Assembly (NCBI GenBank): GCA_002633005.1
Contig: NMRA01000036.1
Span: 1,288,139 to 1,352,138 of the forward strand
Reading direction: 5' to 3'
DNA length: 64,000 nucleotides
Source of the DNA: Phoronis australis
Lineage: Eukaryota; Animalia; Phoronida
The notes beneath the pieces were generated by a model. It was given only the letters and a program-made list of their open reading frames with translations. It was not told the DNA's origin and made no database searches. The position numbers and the translations under genes were made by a program. Within the stretch, counting starts at the first letter, position 1. Every line of letters begins with the position of its first letter. Of the stretch, positions 14,501 through 26,500 are shown one piece after another.

Positions 14501-17500
14501 CAAATTCGGAAATACCAAATACGAAAATACTATGAAAATACCTCAATATTGCGGCTCCCTTTCTCTCCTCTCTGACGCCAAATATGCACTGCCACCCAAT
14601 TGTATAAATCAAGTCAGCACACACAACAGCTCATACTCAAATGTGAGTCAGATGACATGAAATCACATTCAGCCTATTCAGCCTACAAACATCCATGAGG
14701 CTCCCGGAGCTAACAAACGTGAAGTATCTTACACAGACTGTTCACATGGCGGATCACATCCTACACTGTATATGTATGTACTTGCGCGTTAGGTTTCAAG
14801 TTTTCTCTTGTAAAAGAAACAGTTTTAGAAGTAACGATTTATTTCTTGAAAAGATGTAGCAAAGATGAAAACAACGACAAATGAGCAGTGAACTTGTAAC
14901 ATCTCCTGGAAATAGTTAAAAAACAACAATATTTGATATTTTAATTTCCTAGGAGTTGCAGACGATATACTATTCAGCAATTGAAAACTGAGACATAAGT
15001 GTCCTATAATTAACAGTTTTGTTCCAGATTTTACTTTTAGGGCCTGGTTGTATGTCGAGTGTTGCAACTGTGTTACTTTAAACTATAATATTCCTAAAGT
15101 TTGATGATCGAACCGGCTCAGACGTCGAGTCGACATTGACCTACCTTTTGAACTTTCCATGTCAGAGGTCGCTGTTAAAGTAGTGCGGGAGGCGAATACG
15201 GAAGAAAACTTTATTTCATGGCCGTATTTCCCTCGACAGATTCAACGCGCGTGGAATAAAATACATTTCTCATGTCAGGTCCGACTCACTAGCAGACATT
15301 CAGAATAATGAACTGTCGCAGAGTTCTGGTTTCGGAATTGTGGACATTCGAAGTAGTGAATTTTCAAAGGCAGCGCACATTCGGAGTAACTTCGGAGTAG
15401 TGGACTTTCGGAGTAGCGAACCTTCGGAATAGTGACATGTAAGCTTGAAAATCTTTTCGACCAATTTTTTTTTGCCTGCGAGGCTATGCGCCATTGGCAC
15501 TGATTGACAAGAGAAGACTTTCTTCATTGACCAAAGTTCTTATTAAGTCTATGACCTACTTTTCCTTAATAATATGAACATGCTTGTCGGGGTTTTCTTA
15601 GTCCAAAAAATACGGTACTTCATGGGCGGCGCAGCACAGACAAAAGTGAGTGCTANTACCCCTGTGGTGCACCGCCCCGCGGCATAGACCATGGGCGGCG
15701 TAGCACTGAAGAAAGTGTCGATTTTTGCCCCCGAGCCCCCTATTATGCGCCACCCATGTACATGTAGTTAAATGTCTGATTTTTGATCATCGACGGAGGA
15801 CTGCCTATGGTGAACTTAATTATCATCGGCGTACACTGAATTTAAAAGAATAGAAACGCACACACGTGTACACGAATGCATGTCATCCACCAATGCACAA
15901 CCAAAATGGAAATTTGAAAATGTGTGCACTTTACTGTACTCTGCCACTATCAAAATAGCAGATTGCAAACCTATCGTCTGCTATTTTTGTTTCTAAGACA
16001 TTCACACGGCACTACTTTTTGGGAGCTCTCTTGCTGCTTTATAGCTTAGCTAGGTATAGACATTTACTTCTAGTCTCCCTTGTTACCCAATATTGTAGCC
16101 ACCACGCGCGTTCAATGCCGATGGACAGCATAAAGCCTCCTCTAATCGTCTGCACGATCCTATCATCAAGCACCATTCGGGCGAAGTTGACCGGATACGG
16201 CCTGATGATTACGTGAAGCATGCGCGCACTCAGCCTTTAATATGGGGGGGCTCGAATTTTTTACGATGTGGACCTTTTGTTGGCAAAAAAGCGGGAGAAC
16301 TAAAAAAACGGGGTACCACCTTCAGAACTGTGAACTGTGCGTATGCACCTTTATAGTGGCCTTTTGTCTCGTTTGCTCGGACTTTTTGTTTCTCTGAGGC
16401 TGAACTTTTTGCCCACTTCGCCAAATGGGGGGNNNNNNNNNNNNNNNNNNNNNNNNNNNNNNNNNNNNNNNNNNNNNNNNNNNNNNNNNNNNNNNNNNNN
16501 NNNNNNNNNNNNNNNNNGATTGAACCCCCCAAACCCACCCCCCCCCCTCCTGGCTACGGGCCTGATAGTAGTGATTGTGTAAATTACAAAGACTTAGGAA
16601 GCGAGCTTGACGAGATTATAAAGGCAGGTATTGGGATGATGGTGAACTCAGATGTGTTAGACTACTATATCGGCAGACATTAATTGTTTGAGGCCGTACC
16701 AACTCTACCCTCCTGCAAAAGGAACTTCGGCGAATGCAGCAGGGTCGGAGTCTACTCAGTCTACTTAGGGCTGACATTTCTGAGTGGTAATGATGGCCTT
16801 TTAATGAATCACGATTTAATTTTCTTATCATTTTTAAGTTATGTTGAGTAATATGTATATGTAACTCTATAATTAAATTTCTACCCTGACAGTCAAAGCC
16901 CAGTCCCGAATAGCGGCCATGTTGATTTCATTTCTTCGAATGTCGAGAAAGTTTTTGATTCGAATTGGATTTTATTTCTGGTAAATGATACTCGTTTCTA
17001 CCTCGTCTGTTCCAAAACATCTGTACTGTACTGTGGTGACGGCCGGACTGAAACTGGGAAATTCAATATGTGCCTGACAACCACGTTCCTGGCAATGGTA
17101 CAACACACTCTCTTTTTGTCCATCAAGTCCACTTACAGGTTGGAAAAAAGTACATCATATCCCATTTCCGTGACAGATTGAAGCAGCGTGGCCACTGAAC
17201 TAAGGGTGAACGCTAGCTCCAACGTATATTGCCATACAAGTGTCCAACATAGGCTGAGCCATTTCTCAGCTTTAGGGTCTTTTGGAAACAAAAAACATAT
17301 TGTCTGTCCAATTGCTATTTCTGCCGCATGTGCATCCTCCGCACACATACCTTTTCATAGTACTAGTCTCAGGCAATATTCAGTTACTCTTCGAGACCAC
17401 TCCGGCTCACGGCTTGTGTAAAACAACACAATGGAGGAAACCTTACTTCCGCTTATCTGTTAATTTTTGCGTTTATTTCGTGATTACAGGTACACAAACT

Positions 17501-20500
17501 GAAGAGGAAATACTTAAAATACCATACCAAACGATTCTTAGTAATCGAATTGAGGGTTTGAATGACAACACAGCCTGTTGAGCTGACATCAAGCACTAAG
17601 GAATTGTCAATTCTTTCCAAGTCCCAAAACCGCATCTCACTAACATGAGTTGAGAACATTTCCATTAATTGCAAGTGGTTAAAATCAAATTTTAATTTTG
17701 GCCTGATTAAATCATGTTTAATTTATGCTTAGTAAGACAATCAAGATTATCAATATTAAAACTGATTGCTTAAATGAGAATAAAATTATAAAATTTTCAC
17801 GCAACTGCAATTAGTGCAAAAATAATAATTTTCTCCAAAAGTGCACATGCTGCGTTCAGGTTCACGTTCATGTCGGCTTCAGACAACTCTGTTGTACCAC
17901 ATCTAACATGTAGCGACGATATTACACAACCTCTCACCTGTGAGGTACGTTTTAGAACAGTTTGATCTATCAATAGTCATTAGGTGAAACTGAGGTAACT
18001 GTAGATTTCTTTCTTGAGATATAGGATTCATCAACCAGCCGAAAAAGACGGTATCCGTTTTAGGGCCAACTGCAAACCAAGCGCCTAATCATCACGATCA
18101 AACATCGGATAAATTACTCGGAAGATATAAATCATTCATAATACATGAATAGCAATTCACATTAAGGTAAGTGCCTGCCTGTTTTATCAAGGGTCGCATC
18201 ACTAAAAGATTTTAATCACTAACTTCAACCCAAGCATCCATACATTTCTGAAATCCATTGTGAGGACAGAAACATGCTTGGCTGGAGTGATAGTTAACAA
18301 AATAACTGCAGGTCGAAGTGCACGCCTGTGGTAATCTATTTGACCCTATAATAGTGCATGCAGTCGCTACCAGGCGAAAATGTGCATTTTCCTGAAACAT
18401 TTAAGTAGCAATTACTGAGAGAACCAATGAAATAAAAAATGTATAACCCGTTACAGTATTGGCTGAAATTTTACCAGTTGGTTCATATTTACCTCAAAAG
18501 ACACCAACCACCATAATACACTCATTGACCTCCCCGTCTAATTTTTATACCCACCTGAAATTTTTGCCTGAAACATGCAAAAAATCAGATTAAAAACTAG
18601 AGAGATTATTGTCAAGGTTTGACAAAAATAGAATCTGCGCATAAAGTACTAGCTAATTGAAAAAGTCTGAAATTTAACAGAAAACTGCTCTTAATGACCC
18701 CAAATGTTGTGACTGAACTCCCTTTACAAATAGAAAACATTTGCTCAATTATGAAAGGTCTAGCTCAAAAATTACTTTTGCACTTAATGACCTGTGACCC
18801 GGAAACTCGGTTCCCTAAATCCGATTGGTAATTCCAAGTAAATTTCTGATGCATTTCGTACTTGCATACTTATTAACAAAATTCGAGAGTCCATGTAATA
18901 CCCGTAGACGAAAAAGCAATTTGACGGAAAACATCCTTTGACCTGTTTCATGTCATTCCAGTTCATTTTGTGATTATCGTGTCGACCAATGAAAATGGTC
19001 GTTGCTAACGAATCGATGTAAGAGAAATATCAATCTCAAAAGAAAGGACGAAAAGAAGAATAAGAAGATAAAATAAGTAGAACAGCAAAACTCTGCGCGA
19101 AAACGCGCAATAAGAACTAGACAGCAATTGCGTATGCGCTATTACAACTCTGCGCATGGTGTACGCACGGGCATAGCGAGTTAAGGGCATAGTACATTGC
19201 ATGGTGTGAAAGAGAGTTTTCCCTGACATACTATGAAGTTCAATTGGGAAAAGAATGTCAACAGAAAAGTGCACTACTTAATGACCTTTCACCGGGAAAT
19301 TCGATTCAGTTGATCTAATCTAAACTCTTTCCAGGTTCTAGGTGCACTTACATGGCAGGAAGCTGTTTACTAATTCTGAGGAACCAATCTCAAAAATTAC
19401 AAGAGAAACGTTTGAAACAGATGTACCGGTTGACCCCTCTGGGGGTCATATAATGCATTTTGGGTCATACCCGTATTACCAACAGAAATTTGTTAGCAAT
19501 TGGTTGAATCACCATGAATATGAACGCTCTTCCTAATACAACATGCAAGTACTAGCTATTGAAAAAGTCTGAAATTTAACAGAAAACTGCACCTAATGAA
19601 ACCAAAGTTGCACCTAATAATCCCAAAGTGTGTGACTGAACTTCTTTTGCGAATGGAAAATGTATGCATAATTATGACAGGTCAAGCACAAAAATCACTT
19701 TAGCACTTAAGAGGCAGTCCATATAAAAACCAGTAGATTTTCAAAAATCAGTCTATACGTCAAAATTTAAAACAACTTCATTTTTTGTACATGAGTAGGT
19801 ATCCTAACAAAAACCCAAATGCCAAATTTTGTGCACTCAATGACCCCTAATTTCGCCGCTGGAGCATGAGAACACAAATTGGCAGCATTGGGCATATTAG
19901 CCGTCTCAAAAATCGCATGTTTTCAGCAACAAAAATGACTAACATACAAAATAGATCAAAAGCTATATTTTGGTGGCTGAAATAACCAACGTACATGTAC
20001 AATACTTAGCTACCCGGGCCTTGAATGAGTGAAATTCCTGTGACAAAGAGATTAAAAAATAATTCCTTATGCTCTTACATATTTTTTAAACGTTTTTGAA
20101 CTAGATAGCCCTTTGAGATAGGGACTTTAAGCAAAGAACCGACAGCGACCAAATGAATATTTTACCGATAGATAGTTTAAGAGAGGCGTTTTCACTGATG
20201 GCCATTTTTACAGCTTTGATTTGAAGAAGCGAAGTCGAAATGCTGAAATATTGACCAAATAATATCGATCATAACCTTATCGGAGAACTAAAATTTTGAA
20301 CCAGAGTCTTGGCCACTTTCATAAAAGGTTTTGTAAAAGGTATGCCTGAGTCAAGTTCTCGATTCCCAATGCTAAATGCTCTGATAAAATAGCGAATGTG
20401 CAAATCTGTTTTTTAAGTGATATATATTGAAAAATACACAAGGCATACAAATAAATGATGACAAACCCAGAAATCGCGAAGCATTATATCTGGGTTGTAA

Positions 20501-23500
20501 ACAAGTAGTATCTAATATAAGTATCCCAACATTTAGATATGCTATTGCGAATATATAAAAACAAACATGTACAGATTCATGTATGGGAATCAGAAGCAGC
20601 GATATTGATAAACGGTACACAAAAATCTGCAAACGTTGCTTAGGAAGAATTCATTGAGAACGACGTCAAAGTTAGGACTACCATGCTATAAGAAAGTAAA
20701 TTTAGAAGGGATATTATTGCAAGAATTGAGAACATCAACAATAAATTGGTTTTCATTGAGTGCACGAAAGAGTGAGTCTCTCAGGTATTCGATGAGGGGA
20801 CATTTGAAGAAAATATGAGGATAAGATTGATGGTCACCACACTTACAGTTTGGAGAAACATTACTAAAGTTATGCCTAAACTTGTCAGAATTGAGGAAAA
20901 GACCACATCTTGATTTGTACAATGCTATTTCGTTATCGCGTGGAAAAGAAAATTGAGTTAAGGGTTCTGAGTTATCAAAATTGTGAAAAACAGTTCTAAA
21001 ATTATTTTTAGAATCGTAAAAGAGTTGCTTTCCTTAACAGAGACTGGAAGAGAATTCCAGTTGTTGATGCCCACCATGACTAGACCTTCTGAATGCCTGA
21101 CTGAATGACGGAGAAATTGCACATGAGGTGGAGGATCTCAAATTGCTACGATGGCCTTGTCTAGTGTATAGATCAAATATTTTTTGACAGAGGCGTTGTA
21201 AATGTGGTCATGTGAAGATTGCGACGAGTAGACGGTTTGGGCCACTTGAGACTATTCAAAGCCTTAACACGATTGGATCCCCTGTAAGCTCCGGTTATGA
21301 GTAAGGCAGCTCGATACTGTAATTTCTCCAAATGTTGGAGTGCACCCGTATTGGCCGACTGATTTATAATATCACAATAATCGATGTGTGGAAGTTTAAA
21401 TGATTTGAACAAAACTTCTAAATATGTAGAATTCAGATGACGAGAGACAAGCTTAAATGGGTTAACTAATTTTTGAGATTTTTAGCTCCCGAACGTGAGG
21501 TGTGAATGAGAGTTTTTCATCTAACAGTATACCAAGATGTCTGCGCGATTGTTTTCTAGGAATGATTTCATCATTAAGTTTAAGGTCATAAGACGGGTCC
21601 ACAAGGAAGAGAGCATTAATAGATTTGGAGAAGGTGAGGTCAACGCTTTTTTCTAGTTTAAAATTCATTCTTCATTCTTGTGACCAATAGCTGAGCTTAT
21701 ATAAGTCGTGTTGAAGCTGCAAAGAACTTTCAGGGCTTCTCCCTGCGAAGGGGTAAGAAAGCGCCGTATCATCTGCATAAAGGTATGTGCTACATGACAG
21801 GTTATCAGAACTGTCATTAATATCAACCAGGAAGAGAAGAGGGACCAAAAATTTACCCTGCGGTACACCTCCGTTTACAAATCCAGGAGGGGATAAAGTT
21901 GAAAGTACGCCGTCGACACGAACACTGTATGTTCTATCGGAGAGATATGAGGTGATCATGGTTAAAACATTACCAGTAATGCCATAGGATCGAAGTTTGT
22001 GAAGTAAAGTTTCGTGAGAGACACAGTCGAAAGCAGAGGCTATATCTAGAAAAATGGACCTGACACTCTCGCCCTTCTCAAAATGTAAATGAATGTCATG
22101 TACAAATCTCAATGCGCATAACCCACACCAGTTCCTCTCTGTTGCATTCTGGGATAGTTTGTATGCCTATCAGCAGCACGTGAGAGTTTCTCAGAATAGC
22201 TTATTATATTTAGATGCCGTTTTCAATTATTAAAAGTAGTAAAATATGTTACAAATTCTCAGTATCTTATTGAAATTGTAATTTTAAAAATTTGTAAAAT
22301 CCAAGATATGTGCTTATAGTTTACCTGGCCCCGGTCTCCAGTCTCCGTGCTTAGATTCAATCGAATCATACTCAGACTCACACTTCATAATCACCGCACT
22401 TCATTGCTGCCAATTTTTAAAGTTCTTCTTACTACAATTCCTGGCAACTGGCGAATGCTAACCCCATGTCGACGAGTCATTACAAGGGTAAAAGGCAGCT
22501 GGGGGGGGGGGATTGCCGTGATTGAAATGCGTGTGCAACGGTGTGTACGGTTTCCTAAGGAAAGTTAATGAAAACAATCTGCTTCCCTGTCAGATTTCAC
22601 AAAATAGTTTGGTCATCGATAATTCCCCAATCCCCGAATGATATTCCAGATTTTTTGCCGATTTATGAGTAGACGTCTCGTCCCGTTCACTGATGAACTC
22701 TGAATGCTGCCGTAGTGTTTTTAACTCAAGCGCCAACTGTCAGCTAACTTGACACATCCCGGTAAAATGCAGAAATACAGTATCAAAGTTTTGACATGGG
22801 CATAGGCCTACACGGCAATGGGTTCTATGCATGAGAGAACAGGCGTTGACCAGTAACCAAACAACTGCGGCCCAAATGTCGACTCGGAGTTTCGGGCTGA
22901 CGTGGACAACCGGTTTACTAGAAAAGAACACCACCGCTGGCAAACTTTTGAAATTCGACTTCCCGTCAAAGAAAATGTGCAATTCGAACTCTCCCTTTAA
23001 GATGTTGGTTGCACGTGTGTGATATGGTACCCGACTCCCGTACCGGGGTCACCGGCCCACCACTGGGTTAATAAAACACATAATTTCAATATGCCGTCAG
23101 TCGTTGGTGTGACGATGCCAATTTTAGGAGTAATGAGTCAAGTGTAGGCCAGGGAGAATGACCCCTGACTAAATCAGACACTGAGATTTTGGCTGCTCCA
23201 CTCCGGCCGACTGACTAATTTCTTTGATAAACTGTTTCAAATTTCTTGAGACAGTTTCCGGAGGGAGATAAGGAACTCCAGATGTAAAGCTTAATAATTG
23301 GCAAATGTAACAAGAAATGGCAGGAGAATATTGTATTGAACAGTTACAGAACACTCAGCATTCCACGTTATACTCCTGTAATTGTAGCGAGAGCTGACGA
23401 TAACATAGTTGCTAGGGTAGTCGATGCGAATATAGGTAGCATTGAATCAGCGCGACTTTTCGTGGTTTTGCATTTCACATCATAACTAAAGAGTTCCATA

Positions 23501-26500
23501 GCAACTCGAGTACGATTCTCAGATTTGAGTACGCGTTTGGAGTCTACTCGAAATGTGACATTAAATACGTTTTTCGAGTAGGCCTACGACTCCAGTGAGC
23601 ACGATTTTGAATATGAAATCTCGAGTACGAGTATGAGCCTGACGGAGCTCAGACCGGGTCCCGGAGTCACAGTCGACGGAACTGGGGTGCGGCAAAGTTG
23701 TCTTTATTCATTTCCAAAACATTTCTATAATGAAATACAGTTGCATACTTCCTGTACTAGTTATTCGTTTAATATTAATTTTTGGATAAGAATTCAAATA
23801 AAATAACCTTATTGACTGCATCTGTGCTAAACATTCGTCACAACAACACCCGGCAACAGTGTACACAATCGGTTTTCAAGCGATAGAAGCATATATTTCC
23901 CACAATGCAACTGCGGCGGCAAATTCCAGATGGCGGATTTGCACATTCGCTATTGACAAGTTGCAGCGCAAGGAAGTTGAGTAAAAACTGAAAGCGCTCT
24001 GACGGGGTGACACAAATTCGACGTGTCATGTCACCATTGATGATACCGAGAACGACATCGCAGACCACAACATCGCCACCGATACTGTCAACAATACCGA
24101 CAACTCCGCCAAAAAGACTTACTTCGTCAAGGAAAAAGACGACACAGTCTCCAACTCTGGTGCCAATATTGACGCACTCACAACAATTACGAAGTCGCAA
24201 TCATTGATGACGTTTCTGTCATGAAACCATGAAGCATGGCCAAGAACCTAAGCGCATCCAGCCTTTAATATGGGGGGGGGGCTCGAATTTCTGCCGATGT
24301 GGACCTTTTGCTGACCAAAAAGCGGGAGGACTAAAAATGGGATACCACCTTCATTGTACGTCTCTGCCTTTTCAGTGGATTTTGTCTCGTTTTCATGGAC
24401 TTTTTGTTTATCTGAGGCGGACCTTTTTGCCTACTTCGCCAAATGGGGGCGGGGGGCTCCTTCGAGCCCCTCGAGCCCCCCTGGGTGCGCGCATGAAGAA
24501 AGGAGTGTAAAGAATAGACATTTGTGAACATACATGTAGTCTGTTACGTCACCGGCGTCGCTGTTGTGTTGGCCAGGGGCATTCAAATGTTCTACCAGGG
24601 TGCGGCAGTCGAGAGCCAGTCGTGACACATTGTAAACGTGTCTAGAAGCTGTTTAGAGAAAGTGGAACCATTATGTCGACAATGAAGACTTGTGACATTC
24701 AGCGGACGAACTGGCGACCGCAAGATAATGGTGTTCAAAGTCGGATGCTAAGAGGAAGGCACTGACCACAAGTGCACTGTGCACGAACTGTGTGAAATGA
24801 CAAGATGGACTCTGACTCAATAATAGTAATTTGGGTGCCACATGGAGAGTGGTCGACCCTGTTATGGAACTTATTCGCGTTTGTGTGTAAAGGTTTGTTA
24901 TTGTTGGAAGCTTCATTAAGTATTGTTTCTTTTAAACCTCTTTTTTTCTACTGAATTTTCTGATTTAAGTCACGTCGTGACGGGGAGCATACGCCAAGAC
25001 TCGCCGAATATACGCCATAAGAAATCAATCAATGAAAGCCATTGGAAAATGCCTAATAACACGGAAACAGTAAGTCATACACTGCAGGTATTCGTGATCA
25101 GATCTAGACACATACTAAGTGTCATAAGAATCTCCCAAAGGACCACGGAGCTCCGCAAAAGATTATTCACCATCTTGCATCCGACAGAAACGGGTGGCAC
25201 ACTCCAAATAGCCATAGACAAAGTCTTTCTACACACCAAATTTCAGAACCGCGATCAGAAAATTCGAAAACTGGCCTGCTGTGAGGTTGCCCAAAAGCAA
25301 CACTCCTTGAGCTATTAACGGGAACGTGGGGCGTGTTAAATTCGTGTCGATCAGTCGGACGTAAGATGTTACTCGTAGTGTTCATATAAACGAACGGAAA
25401 TTCATTTTGCCAAGTAATGAAGTGTTCCCGAATGTGGACTTATGAATGAATGCGAATTTTAGACCATAATGTTAATCTCCTTTTTGTCTTGTTTATACTG
25501 TCACTTATGGTCACAATGGTAAGACCACACACCCGGTAACTGCACACCTCTCGGCCGAAAACAAAGAAACATTCCTGCACCATTTTAGCGTACCAGCTAC
25601 ATGTACGCTAGGGTGTTGAAATGCACTCGCAGTGCATGACAAACGGTATGCTTCTAGGAGTCTAGGACTGTTTAATATAAGTTTCATGAAATACAATAAG
25701 ATACAATTTTACCATAGATTTTTAAGGCCTTCAAGAAAAAGATAAAGAACTTACCCATTATGAAAAGGAATGTACGTTCTACCAAAATGACCACATCTTT
25801 TGTTATGCCCCGTTGGTGTCATTTACATTAACACGCTACGTAGCACCACTTTAAAAAGCACTTGTCGAGACCAAACAGGCCACTACGAGTTACTGTGGTT
25901 GTCCGACGAAAATTAAATGGTGCCATCCTATCGACATCACATACCCTTGTACCAAGTTTCATTGAAATAAATCAAGCGGTTCATCAGATATCAATGCTCT
26001 TTCACCAAAAAAATCATGAAAAAGCCACACTCCCTGACCGCGAAGGGGGGGGGGGGCGACGCAGATTAAAAAGGTGATAATTCTATTGTGCCAAATTTCA
26101 TAAGAGTCGGACCAGGGGTTCCTGAAATATGTGACCACATGTAAATATGTGGGCGCACTACGACCGCGTCATAGCGTCAATTGACCTGTCGCAAGGATTT
26201 TGAATGAAGGCTTAACTGACCATTTAGAACGCATCATTATTGACACATCTTCATTTCGAAGCCGCCATTTTACCCGACAAACAACACTTTACTGGGTAAA
26301 AATTATTGTTTGTTAGTAAACATTACGCAAAGGGGCGATTGGTCAATTTTGAAAAGAACCATAGACCAGAAACGAAAAGCTTTTTTGTCCTCATCTCAAG
26401 TGAAAACAATTGTTGCTTACAAAAATGATGACGACACATTTGTAGTCATGTGATTTTGTTTCTGCTAAAACGCGATTTTTGATGAAGAAACTTCAATGGA

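Noticed and set aside
15951-15989. Hairpin CAAAATAGCAGA...TCTGCTATTTTTG as another excision footprint
   Set aside because: No target-site duplication is visible and the arms are imperfect.
17133-17348. ORF containing [12 protein letters not shown], suggestive of a THAP domain
   Set aside because: The other THAP Cys/His ligands and the AVP motif were not found in frame.
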